NCBI RefSeq assembly: GCF_052425735.1
Contig: NC_135760.1
Coordinates: forward strand, 22,444,001-22,508,000
Length of the DNA: 64,000 nucleotides
DNA from: Oculina patagonica
Taxonomy: Eukaryota
Direction of reading: 5' to 3'
Shown here: piece after piece, positions 38,018 through 50,800 of the stretch
Numbering within the stretch: the first letter of the stretch is position 1
Layout: every line of letters starts with the position of its first letter
Position numbers and translations under genes: made by a program
The notes under the pieces: generated by a model
Databases searched by the model: none
Told to the model about the DNA's origin: nothing
What the model saw: the letters and a program-made list of their open reading frames with translations, nothing else

Positions 38018-39186
38018 AAAAATAGGGCCCTAATGGGTCCGTGTGTTCTGCTGGCATAACGTATCAACATTGATAACTGTCTTCGATTTTTCGCTTACAC
38101 CTAGATAATTCGTCACGCAAGTTATTATGACATTTGAAACCTTTAAAAGTCGTAACCCTTGTGCATGCAAAGCAACATACCAGCTACCGCTGCGTACGTC
38201 ACAAACCACAAGAAGGTCTGTTTCAGCGCTTATAAATAGCAAAAACTCAAATATATATTTTTTTGTTGATAGTTCATTTCATTACGCTTTCACTCGGACG
38301 TATACAGGAAGGGATTTCCGTTATTCTTATTTCACGTTAGCTAAAGGGCCGTAAGCGTTTATTTTTCCCCACGGAAAAAGGGATGCGTATTCCTCGTCAA
38401 TCCAATATCTTTTAGAATGCGTGATCGTACGTCGCGGTTAGCTACCGCTACCTACGTCAGAAACCACAAAAAGATCTGTTTCAGCGCGTATAAATACCAA
38501 ACGTGCAAAAACAATCCAATATCTTTTTTTTGTCGATCGTTCGTTTTCTTTAACTCGAACCTATAAAGAATGAGATCTCGGTTTTTTTTATTTGACCTTA
38601 ACTAACGGGCGAGTAAATGCGTGTAAATACAAAATTTGTAACAAAAGAGCGTAACAATGGGGAGCCCAGGCTCCTGCTAAGAGCTCTCTGTCCCGCTATA
38701 TTAGAACGTGTGTGTACGACGGGTTTCAGCTGCTTTCAGAGTTGTGGTTCGTGACGTACGCAGTGGTCGCTAACGTATAACGACGACGAATACGCGATCA
38801 GCCTTTTTTTCCTTGGAGTGAAAAAAAAAAATAAACCCTCACAAACCGTAAGCTAACGTGAAATAAAAAATAAACAAAGATCCCATCCTGTATACGTCCG
38901 AGTAAATGCATAACGAGCTACCGACAGAAAAAAGTATTGGATTCTTTTCAGTTTGCACGTTTGCTATTTATACGCGCTGAAACAGACCTTATTGTGGTTT
39001 GTGACGTACGCAGCGGTAGCTGTCATGTTGCTTTGCATGCACAAGGGTTACGACTTTTAAAGGTTTCAAATGTCATAATAACTTGCGTGACGAATTATCT
39101 TGGTGCAAGCCGAAAAACCGAAGACAGTTATCAATGTTGATACGTTATGCGAGCAGAACACACGGACCCATTAGGGCCCTATTTTT
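38018..39186. mobile_element. Foldback-type element with inverted arms over 200 bp
   Basis: AAAAATAGGGCCCTAATGGGTCCGTGTGTTCTGC... at the left is mirrored by ...GCAGAACACACGGACCCATTAGGGCCCTATTTTT at the right; internal sub-repeats; no TSD seen. Confidence 0.8.
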
Positions 39187-39625
39187 CGATGTGTCGTAAT
39201 ATATTAAACTAATCCAATTGCGACATGGGAACCTTCCGTCAATTTAACTTCTACCCAAAATTGGCCTTGGACAACGATCCACGCTTGGTTAAAAACATCT
39301 AACGAAGCGCAAATGACGCGTATGACGCGCAAAGGTCACATTTGATTTCGTTTTACAGATTTCCCATTTCAGAGACTCCCCGTTTTAAGAGATTCCTGAA
39401 TTTAAAGATTCCCCATTCCATTTTCCGTATTCCCCGTTCCCCGTTCCACACTTTAATCATGTCACGCACCGTGTACGTGTTTGTTGTGCAGTGCTGATTG
39501 CGTTACGTTACGTAACTCGCCAAACGTTGATCATGAATGTATGCACGTTGTGACGAGATTGCTCGCTGCGATCTCTTGTTAGTAATTATTGTAGCGTCGT
39601 TTATCGTCTAAAATACCGAGAAGCC

Positions 39626-40288
39626 ATGTTAAACTGGTTGAAAGGCGAGGAAAAACCGAAGGTAGACACAAGCCAATTTCACACGCCTGAAAGTTACCGA
39701 GGTTCTGAGGGTCCGCGTTTCAAAGTTCTCGAATCCAGAGATGGTTATGAAGTTCGCTTGTATGAAGATTCTCATTGGGTCAAGACAAGATTTGAGGAAG
39801 GGAACTTAGAAAATTGCTCGAGCACTGGATTCTGGCGGCTGTTTAACTACATCAGGGGCGAAAACGAAGGTGGGAAGAAGATAGCCATGACTGTCCCCGT
39901 TGAATCCCGAGTCGAACTCGACGATGAAGGCAAATGCAAGGTTTTCACTATGGCGTTCTACACCCCAGCCGAAAATCAAGCCAATCCCCCAGTTCCCAAA
40001 GATGAAACGGTGTTTCACGAGAAGGTCGAAGGGCGTGTAATGTACGCGCTGCATTTTGGTGGCTTCGCGAATGATAAAGATTGGCGGGAAAACGAAAAGA
40101 AGTTGAAAGAGCTACTTGACCGAGACGGCATGGGGTACGTAAAGAACATGTACGTTTCTGCCGGCCATGATCCGCCATTCAGGCTATTTGGCCGTCATAA
40201 TGAAATCTTGTTAGTGGCGGACCCTCAGCCTTCTTTAGAAGACACAAACCCCAAAGAAGAAGGAGAAACAGAAGCAGCAAAGGAATAA
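39626..40288 (+). CDS. SOUL/heme-binding protein family (HEBP2-like), single exon, 220 aa
   Basis: SOUL motifs YEVRLY, GFWRLFNYIRGEN, KIAMTVPV, PPVP.DETV, FGGFA and AGHDPPFRLFGRHNEI. Confidence 0.92.
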   Translation: MLNWLKGEEKPKVDTSQFHTPESYRGSEGPRFKVLESRDGYEVRLYEDSHWVKTRFEEGNLENCSSTGFWRLFNYIRGENEGGKKIAMTVPVESRVELDDEGKCKVFTMAFYTPAENQANPPVPKDETVFHEKVEGRVMYALHFGGFANDKDWRENEKKLKELLDRDGMGYVKNMYVSAGHDPPFRLFGRHNEILLVADPQPSLEDTNPKEEGETEAAKE

Positions 40289-43200
40289 AGATTACGTAAC
40301 TAAACCGAGAACGCGACCCTGGCTACACGCTTGAATGATCACTCATCTTACTTCAGATGACAGATGGTTTGATTTTGTAAGCATTTTCGATTTGAGAACT
40401 GTGTAGAAAAAACGAATGCCCATGGAAAGCTAGACTTTTAAAATCAGGAAAGGTAGTAAATGTCTTTGAATTTTTTATAGCCATCTTCATTTCATTTTTG
40501 TTATAAAAGTAAATATTTGTTTGACGCCGAGAGAATATTGTATCCATTTGGAATAGCAGCAATATGCAGAAAAAGGCTTCATTTGCTTTTGATGTATTAT
40601 TAAAAAGAGAGAAAAACTAGTATGTATTAAAATTATTAATAATGGCAAGAAAACGTATTGAACGATTATCTTATTCACAAAGATACAAAAGCTATGCATG
40701 CAAATGTAAACGAAATTATAGTAAATACATAAATAGGATGGAGTACAATAAAAAATTTCCATACACATGCATTGATGTAGCTTTTCTTTCAAGACCAACC
40801 GCATTTTTATGAAAACCAAATACTAGACAAAACATAATCACTGAAGTATAGGACAATATTAAAAACGATATCATGTGTTACTTTATATGAGAAAAAATCT
40901 CGTTCATTTTTCAGAAGTTTAAAAAAATCAGTTCATTTTTTCATCAAATTTTAATTTGATAAAAACACCTTTCTAATAACAGCGAAAAATATTTTGTCCT
41001 GTAGTGTACTGATTAGATTTATTCAAACAAGTTTTTTCGAAAAATGAATAAAAATCACGTCGCAAAGTCTGACAGTCTGTTTTCGAAATTATGAAACCTC
41101 GCCGAAGTTTAATACGACAAAAGCTGCACTCAGCTAGGAGTCGTAAGAATGCCTTCAAGATATTTAGGTCGTATTTTTCACGTTCAGCGCTAGCGATCAC
41201 AATATATTCGCGTGTCTCAAGCTGACAATTGTGATAAGAAAGTGAGATAAAACCACGGGAAACCCAAAGACTACATATTTTAGTAGCCAGAATTGCGACG
41301 ACTGGTGCGTTTTGATTCAATTAAACCAAACCACGATCAAGCCTAACAGATAAGTAGTACGAACGGCTTGTTTTTATTGCTTTCTTGTGGTACATAGTCC
41401 GACAGACTCGCAATAAATTCGACCTATATAAATTTTAAATACTGGTATGTCTATGTTTTCTCGATATCTGTTACTCGTTTTCACAGCGTTCCAGCAATAT
41501 CAAGGCAAAACTTAAATAATTATTTTCGTTTTAGAGGGAAAACATGTGTTTCACAGCATGTGTTAAAAATCTTTCCAATTCCTTTTTAAGGCAAGTTCAA
41601 GAAAATGAATTGATCTATATTATATAAAGAAAAACGTGATTATGTGTGGTAAACAATTATGGATTCACGAGAAAAAAGAAATGGCTCGATGTATCGAAAA
41701 TGCCCAATTAAAACCTAATTCGTTGGGTGACAAAGCAGAGATTTTTATAGACACAACACAGCTTCAAAAACATGAACATATAGATTACTTGATAATGCAT
41801 CGTCAATATTTCTTCAATTTGCACTCGGCGCCCTTTGCTGTGGCCTGAGAAAAAATTGTCCCGAATCTCTTCACTAGCTATTTTGAGTCCCAGCAGGGCG
41901 CACTCCATTTGTAAAATTTTTTCGGAGCCAAAATAACTTCTCTCCAGTTTAATTTTTGTTGTATTTTTTAGAAATAATTATTTTTATGCTAATTGCATCC
42001 AACAAGACGTCTTCTAGTTGTTCCCACTAAGAATATTTTGACGAATAGCCCCTGTAATCATTATCTCGCTTTTGATAAGAAGATAAGAACAAAGAAAGTG
42101 TCTCGCTGTGATCTCAAAGTTTTGAAAACCGTAAATAAAGATGATGCCACACCCAAGTTTCTTATAGAAAGATTAAGGCTGATAACTATTCTATTCTCCT
42201 GAAAAGTGAACGAAAATGCTGCGAATAGACGTCTCATTAAGATTTCCATAAAATTCTTTCTCATATTGGTGGATGTGAGCATTGTGAATATATATACTGT
42301 GGCTAGCTTTCGTCCCGCAGTCGGTAAAAGAAAACTTTGGTAGTCGGTGTTAGCCCGCCGTTGCTGGCCTGCAGTTTTCGGCAGGGGGGTTGCTAAGTAA
42401 CATGACGTCATATCCTTATAGTGACAAGCGGTTCAAGCGGACACGACGTTCTCACTAATTACTGATTGGTCGAAAAAAATCGGAAACTCTTCGATACGTT
42501 CCCGAAGAGTTGCCGGAACCCGGGTGCACCAGGTACCAGGGACCTTCTGTCTAATTGCATTTTGGCGGCTTCTTCGCAACGCCGTGCTCGCGATAAAACT
42601 TGAGTAAGAAGCGGATTGTTCACATTAATCAGTGGAGCTTTGCGCTATCTGCTGTGTAGATCTACCGATACGTTCATTTTGTTAATCTTTTGAGAACGTA
42701 ATTTTTTGTACGAACATATTTAGACCATTCAATTAAAAGATCCAAAGTTGAAACTTTAATTGTCAAGTTTTTGATAACGTTCTGCACGCAACAAATCTTT
42801 AATCATCTTTGGAACAAAACTTCCACGACGTTAAAGCTAAACTGGATTTCTTGTTTTCGTTTAACAACTGGCGTTATAAAGTGCTCCTATTAAAAGACGT
42901 TATCTTAGATTTCACCGATGCAGCTTCACATAATTCACTTGAGATTTCATTAAACCTTACCGAGACAAAAATGTGCCTGTTATGGTTGGCGGAAAGGAGA
43001 AAGTAAAGCGTCTTGTAGTCTACGAACGTCATTGCGTTAAAATGAACCAGAATGAATTATATTTGGTAAGAAGCAAATGTTAAAGATAATCACAAGAACA
43101 ACGGAAAGAAAAAAGACAAGTAGGAACTCCCGTTTCCCATTACATTAAGTTGAAGTACTTATTTTTAAAAAGTTCAAAAAAACACCCACGCCGAAAGCGA

Positions 43201-44459
43201 AGGCAAATTATTAAGCAAGTATGCGATCAAACGTCAATGAATTTGACTAATGACGTCCGTAGACTCGAAGACGCTTATCTTGTCTTCGGTTACTTACCTT
43301 TATCTAGCTTGTATAATGGTAGCCCTGGTTAATCGTGCCTGTCTCACAAAGTTTTAACATTGTTTGAAGTAGTTAATGTGTCGCGGTGTATAGGAAATAG
43401 AAAGGTAGATGAACTCGGAGATAAGCTTTATTTCCTATGTATCACCAGTACAGTAGAAACTGTAGTCCATAATCGCATTACTTTTTAGAGTTTTTCTTTC
43501 ACGTCTTCTTAAGAGGATCAAAAAGACAGTTTACAAAGGTTGTGATGCTACAAACAAGTTTGCGTATAGAATTTGATTGAAAAATTGTCACCTAAAAATT
43601 TAACTTTGGAAATTTATTTTAGATTTTTCTCTTTTCACAAAACAACCTGGCAATTCACTTCACTTTATTCAGACATTTTTAATTACGCCTAGCGAACCTT
43701 ATCTCTGCTGCCACTATTAAAATTAGAAGCCGATGATATCAGGGCCTATCGGTGCAGCTTTAAACCCAGGCCTTCACAGAGAAATTCGCTTTGGTGACGA
43801 CCCACCGTGAAGACGTGAGGAAAATTACAAATGGCCACGCTGAAATTTGATTGTACCCCGCGCAAACCACGTGTCTCAGTGTTCGGGTGGCAATTCCCCC
43901 CTTTTTCCGCTTTTTAGCATAGAGCAACAGCAATCAATTTTTTAATTTCTGATTTCTTATGATTCAGTTGTTCGTCGAAGAAGCACTATAGTTTATAAAC
44001 TAAAATTCAACGAAGACAATAGAACAACAAGTCAACAAGCAAACAAACAAAAATTAATATTGTAACATGAATTTTGTTACTCAGAAATATTTAATTGTTA
44101 TATCCTAATACTTAAATACCTTCTATGTGTGAAAATACTTTCCCTTGAAAGGACCAATTGTGACATTCTAAGACATTTAGATTATGATTTCCTTGACATA
44201 AATTAATTAAATGAAATCCTCTTTAGAATAGAGTACTTTTCCAATGACTATTGAAAGTAACCGTGTCAATTTTGTAATGTTTGATTGGTCCAAACAACAT
44301 TTAATTTTCATATATCGATTGTTTGAAAAGTTCTTGGTTTTGTAGGGAGTCCTTTGAAACTTTGCAAAAATTCTTGTTGCATAATCTAGCTGAAAGAAAG
44401 ATGTAAATAAATTACAGAAGGCTTTCGACACACGTCTCTGAAATGAAAGAAAAATTACA

Positions 44460-44531
44460 TGCCCCGAGCAGGATTCGAACCCGCGTCTCCCTGTTTCTAG
44501 TCAGGCGTGATATCCACTACACCATCGGGTC
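44460..44531 (-). pseudogene. tRNA-like sequence (pseudo-tRNA or repeat-borne)
   Basis: 72 nt with an intact A box (TGGTGTAGTGG) and B box (GGTTCGAATCC). The acceptor stem has a mismatch and the anticodon arm is malformed (nominal AGA, no long variable arm). Confidence 0.65.
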
Positions 44532-44831
44532 ACCACGCTGGATACGTGGCAACTTATAGGTGTGTATTAGATCGAACACGGTCAATCCACAGGGCATTTT
44601 TCTTTCGAGACATTTGTGTGTATCATGGCTAAACCCCCAACTTAATTGGGTTAGGCGACAGACAGAAACTTTTATTTTGCCATGAAAACCTATTTTTTTG
44701 AGTTTCTCATAGTATAAAGAACTTATTACAGCGCCCCTTTAAATATACGCTCTAGACACGTTTTTTTTTTTGAGAAAAGAAGGGACGATAACCTATCTAC
44801 AGTAACATCTACTGGTCCAATAACACTGTTA

Positions 44832-47800
44832 TCAACTGAGATACTCCTTGTAGACTGCAAGCGGATCCAAATCCTGATGCTTGTGGAAAGACACGGGGGT
44901 CTGGTGCGCTAGCAGTGAAGGTACATATTCCTTTGGCTTGGCCTGAAACCGAATCAGAGGTGACGAAAAAATAATGAAGAAGAAGAAGTGCAAAGTGAAT
45001 TTACTTAGTATACTGAGACGGTAAAATATCTTAAATAATTTAATAATAATAATGCCTAATAATATGTCTAAGGCCCTATTCTCCCAGAGGAGACTTAGGA
45101 TTCAGATGATGAATAATATGTCTTTTCAAAGAGGCTTTGTCACGGATTGTAACAGATTTTTGAAAGCCAAAATTTATATTTGTGTCATTGGAAACCCAAC
45201 AATAATTGTCCATTTTCATTAACAATTGCTATATTAGAGCACTGAAACTGTTAACAAGCGTCTTTGGCTGCGGATGGCTAGGATGGAAATGGATTGTAAC
45301 TTGAAAAGTTAAGGCTAAACTTTACAAGTTGTTTCCACGCGTCTTTAACTGAAACACCGATATTTATAGCCAAAATTTGATTTCTATTCACAAATGAAGG
45401 TTATATTTTCCTTTAGATTTTTTTTATAGGTTTAGTTGCCTAGCACTAATTTCAGAACAGTTTAGACCAAAATCTGCGAAGTCCCCGTCACGTAGCTCCT
45501 TTAAGGTATGCTAGTCTCGTTGTTTTTTGCCTATCATTTTAAAATATTTAAAAGAGCTGCAAGAAATTTAAGATACATTACGAACCTAGATGATTTCTGA
45601 GTTCACATTTTCGTGGAAATTCAGCTGTGCGTTGCATATTGCAGTCCATTTTAGTCACCCGTTAAATTGGATCCGACAGGAGTTCTGTCGGATCCAATTT
45701 AACGGGTTTTTATAACGTCAACATATTCAGCATGCAGAATTACCTAAAATATCAATTCCAAGTCGCTAACTAGAAAAAAGACGGTAAACTGAAAGCTTCA
45801 CGTACTTGGTGAAATGCAGAATTGTGCGTAAGAGGAACGCCCAGTCTTCGGAAACAATTCCCCAGCCACATGTCGTCGGGAGAGTCTGGTTCCCAACACT
45901 TGCAGCCGCTCTTTAGCAGGGCATCAATACCAGCTCGGCTTAGAATCATACTGAAACAACACAAACATCAGTGAAATTCCAAAGGAGGGTTGGCCCTTAG
46001 ATAATAATTGAGTTCTGAAAAAAGGGAAAAGTGTGACAATTGCTTCTCTCTATGAATTACAATCAGAACGTTCCTGTGGTGTTCAGGGGCACCCAACGAG
46101 AAAATTTTACTATAGGTGTCGGAACACCGTTTTTACGTTACAAGTGTCCTATCCATGCGTTTTAAAGCCTTATTATATTTTAAACGCTTAGAAAAGTGTA
46201 TCTTTTCGGAAACGCTAGCTGAACTTTCAACTTTCTGGAAATTTTAGGGAACGAAATATAATTACCCGAATTAACGAGCCGCTGTTGCGTTCTCGAAAAT
46301 CGTAGCTGGCCTTTTTTCACGCCCAAAACGACATTTTTCTCTTTTAGGAAACAGTAGGCATTACTTAGCCCATGTCATGAAAAGTGAGCTGTAGAAATCT
46401 CCAGTCTTTTCATCGCACTTTAATCCAAAAATCGTAAGCTATTAAAGGTCTTCCGAACAGATATTCACCGAAACGGTCTGAATGCGAGCGCAACTCCGTT
46501 AAGGTGAATTATATTCTATCTATTCTGACGACTAAAGTTCAACTAAAACTAACGTAAGCACAAAACCAATTGAATTACTGGTTGTGATTGCGATGAGAAA
46601 GTTCGCAAATTACAATGAAAACCAATTTGAACTTAAAGCGAAAGATAAAACCATGTAACCAGTGGCCAGTGCCGGAGGACACGTGACCAGTGGGAAGCGC
46701 GGGAAGACCAGTGACCCTTGGCAAGCACGGTAAAAGTCACTCGAAGGAAATTAGGTGGGGTAACGGGCTAAGAACGAATGGTTAGAACAAAAAGCACGAT
46801 TTTTTTGAAAGAAAATATAAAGCTTGGGAAACACAACAATACACTGATTAAGGTGGGGTTCTACCTGAATTTGAATGAAATTTAAAGAAGGAATTGAAGA
46901 AAGAAAAATTTCAACCTGACAGTTGAACCCCCAAGCAAGAGCACTACAGGTTGCAGCAAAACAGTTGCCATGGCAACGGTACGACAGGTGTCATTTTGTG
47001 TCTTTTGTGGTGTACATTAATCGTGCCAAGTTTGAAGAACACAGCTCAAATATTCCAAGAGATATTCTTAATGCAATGCTTCATCATTTTTGTGGAACAA
47101 TTAATGACGTCATCACTTTCCTCATTTGCATAATATAAAAACGTAAATATCTCTAAAACGAAAAAAGATATTGCAAAAAGGAAAACGCCATTCTTCTTTA
47201 TTTTGAAAAGCCTTTAAAATAAACAGCAATTATTTTTTTACTTTATATGCACTTTAACTTCAAATTCTAATTTTAAAATCACATTTTATTTTCAACATTT
47301 CTTATTTTTCTAAATTTTCCTAATCCTTTGAGAAAAACTATCTCCTAGTGTTCCCAACATCCTCAAAAATGTATAAAACGCCGCAAAATATAGATAGATG
47401 AGAGGAGCGAAGCGTTTTTGGATTCCTTGAAACGCGAACGAGATATTTTGGTTAAAGCCCATGTTAAGCGGCAAAAAAACGGCCTTCAGGTGGATTCCCC
47501 CTAAAGCAAAATCACTTAAAAGAATGCATTCAAGTAATTTAGGCACATGCATCATGGTTAGAGAAAAAAGCTAATAAGCGATAATAGCGCACCATCTAGA
47601 CTTACCTTCCTCCCCCAGTGATGTACTCGTACCCATACCCTCCCGTTAGTCCGTAACCATACCGCTCACCAAGGAGTGTCACTTCCTTTGGATCATAGCA
47701 CGCTAACAACTTTTGCAATCGAGGCACGCTGTGGGAAAAAAAAAGGGGTTTAAACAAAGTAAACTTCTAAACCCTTTTAGATGAATTATAAACCCTCATG

Positions 47801-50800
47801 GCTACTCAACTTGAGCAATAATTTATATAGAGGGTCCTTAAGGGGGAGGGGTATTAATCCCATTTGCCAGCCTTAATCTTGCCCAAATCCCAGCCTATTC
47901 TTTGACCAATTCCCCGTCCCATTCCATTTTAATTCCAATTCTCAGTAAGGCCTAAATCTTATATTCCCTATGAAAAAAAAAATAGGCAAGTACCAGTTTC
48001 TACATTACCCTTTCACGCACCTCACGGATCGCATGTTGAAAAATTTCGCCTAAATCTGAAAAGGTCGTCGTTTGCAATCTGTCCAAAATCTTCCCCAGTT
48101 CTAACCATTCTTGTTTTTGCTGGGCTTATTATCACCTCGTTGTGTTTTTTTCTACCTAAGTGAACTTGCAACAACAACATCCTTCCCATCCTTTCCTCGA
48201 TTTCAAAGAAAGTAACATTACCAATAGATTCGTAATATAACGCAACACAGTTGCTCTAAAGTATTTGATCGCAAATCAAATTAACCATCAATTCAAAAAC
48301 ATTCTCTCCTCGTTATCTCCTCGTTGAGGGTATACAATGCTGTCGGAGGCGCGGTGGCAAGGTGGCCTATATTTCAACGAGTCACACTCGAGTTGACCAT
48401 TGTCTTCTTGTGTTTTTGAGCGAGATCACAGTGCCTCTTTCTGTAGGAATGGGTATTGGCAAATTGCTGGCGCAGATTCACGGTAGATATTAAAAACTAG
48501 CCATGATATATTGCATTGGTTTTGGTAAATATAGCTTGGGATAATTTGTGATTGTCTAATATGCCATCCAGGAAGAGTGGAAATACTCTGCGGAAACTGT
48601 AGTTCTAGAGACAGGCTTATTTATTCTTATTGTCTGTAAGTTACCTCATTATTGTATCGTCATCAAGAATCACTAGCCAGGGTTTGTCCGCTGCTCTTGG
48701 GTCAGTGGCTGATCTGTTAATGATGGCCTGGAGCTTGGCACAGTGTCCTGAAATAAGGATTCATATTACTTTTATTACGAGCAGCGATGAGACTTTGTCC
48801 CTCTTACAAACTTTTATAATATGGCTGGCTCCTCGAGCGGGCACGATGAGGTAAACCCAGCGTTTTATGTTTGGCTACCCGAGCAGGCAAGATGGGCCGG
48901 ATTGCCAGTGATTTTCCCGCAAATTTGTTGCCACCGGGTCTCGCAATGAAATGTTGCGCGAAGAAAATCATTTTCATTCTTCAAACTTGTCAATCAATTT
49001 ATCGTTTAATCCAATCGCGACAAAGACGTTCGTGCGGTCGTTGGTGACTTGAACTGGCTTCCTTCAGGTTATAATAAAGAAAATCATTCCAGTTCTTAAT
49101 TCATGACATTATTGCCCAGAAAATTAATCCTTACTTGACCACTTTGACCAAACTTGTTCGGTCCATAAACACGAAAAAAAAGAACTTGGCCAATATCCCG
49201 CCATCTTGACCGAACAGGCTTGGTCAAAGTGCCCTTGTGGGGCCGTGACTTGATGTCCGTTTCTAGACCGCGACATGGTGTTCCGTTACTAGACCACACT
49301 TCAGGGTCACTTCATGGGACCATGACTCAGTGTTCCCCTAAAGGACAACAGCTGAGTAAAGTAAAATAATTCGCATCGATGAGAGGTGTCCCAATGGAGT
49401 AGAAAGATCCTAATGTAGTAACATTAAAACCTGGCGAGACGTAAAAAATGGTGTAATCAGCTGTCCGAGGCTGCTGATTGATCAGGCATTTTTTCGTTAG
49501 AGCAGTTTTTAATTGAGTATCGTAAAACTAAAACCAAAGTAATTACTCTGGCCAATCACAAAGGACCCAGACAACGCAGTGAACCAATCAAAACTTGGAG
49601 TAAATACATGTAGCCGGCACGAAGCGCGGGAAAACGTGCGCGAGCGAGTCACGATTGGTTTTGGTTTAACTCCTGATTGGCTGAGAAAGTGGCGCGAAAT
49701 TTTTAAGCCAATCACTAAGCGTAGTAATGCAAAACCAAAGCAAACGCAATTAACTATTATAAAGAATAACCCAAAACTGGCCTATCGACCGTTTTGAGGT
49801 TGCCATTGTGCACAGGTTCCATAAATAAGGGAGACAGACGCTTTAAACTGAGGACGCAATATTAACAAGAGTCTCTAACAAGTAAGCGGTAAATATCTTC
49901 AATTACAACGATGCGAGAACGAAACTTTTTTTTTATTATAGTTAATTAATTCATTGACTGCAAACATAAATAAATTTCCGCCTTCTGTCTTGTTAACCTG
50001 AAACCGCTTAGCGCATTTTATTAATTAAGACGAAGTCTACAAGGCTAAGCTAAAAAAAAGAGAAAAAAAAACGCCGCGCCTTTGGTTAACTATAACCAAT
50101 TAAAATAGGGTAAATGTTTATTTTAACCCTTGCTGGTCATTTTAAATACACCACTGCCCCTTTTTAATTGTAAAAGGGCTGAATGTTGTGCGAATCTTGT
50201 TCAAATTTACCACAATATGCTAGTTCGCCCCATAGCAAATTCCATTGTCACAAAAAAAGAGTGCAATTGTTTTGAAATTATCCCATAGCTTACAAAGGTA
50301 CATTAACAGCTTTGTTTTAATGTTTTCTTTTCTTATTATTGCCACAACAAAAAGTGATTTCCTTCCTGTTTCTTAAATCCTTGGAATTACATTCACATTT
50401 TACGTAGATTTTTTTCTTCTCTGTCAAAGTCAAAGGCGCAATTACTTCGCCAAAGTCCGGTTTGTAGGTAGTCTATGCTATTTCAGCGACTACAAGGTCA
50501 AAGATATCGCTACGATCAGATGTATGTCTGGACGTATCGGTGTTACGTCTACAAGCGTGCTAATTGCTCCTTTCCAATCCAAGGTCACCCTGGTCATTGC
50601 CACTGCTTTAGTTGAAAAACATCTAGCTTTCAAATGTAGTCGCCACACATCACGGTAACCGCAAACCCGAGCATTCTGCGAGAGCAAAACTTTCATAGCG
50701 AGAGTAAGCGATGAAACAATCGAAAACAAGGAAACAAAAATGAAGAATTTGTTGCTATTAGTGTTCTTTATTCTTTTATATAAAATTCATGGAATTTAAA

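Noticed and set aside
44460-44531. Functional tRNA-Ser(AGA) or amber suppressor
   Set aside because: The anticodon stem is mispaired, there is no long variable arm, and the acceptor stem has a mismatch.
50490-50729. 79-aa ORF in a B3GLCT intron
   Set aside because: No recognisable motif, non-ATG start as called, and no convincing splice or poly(A) support.
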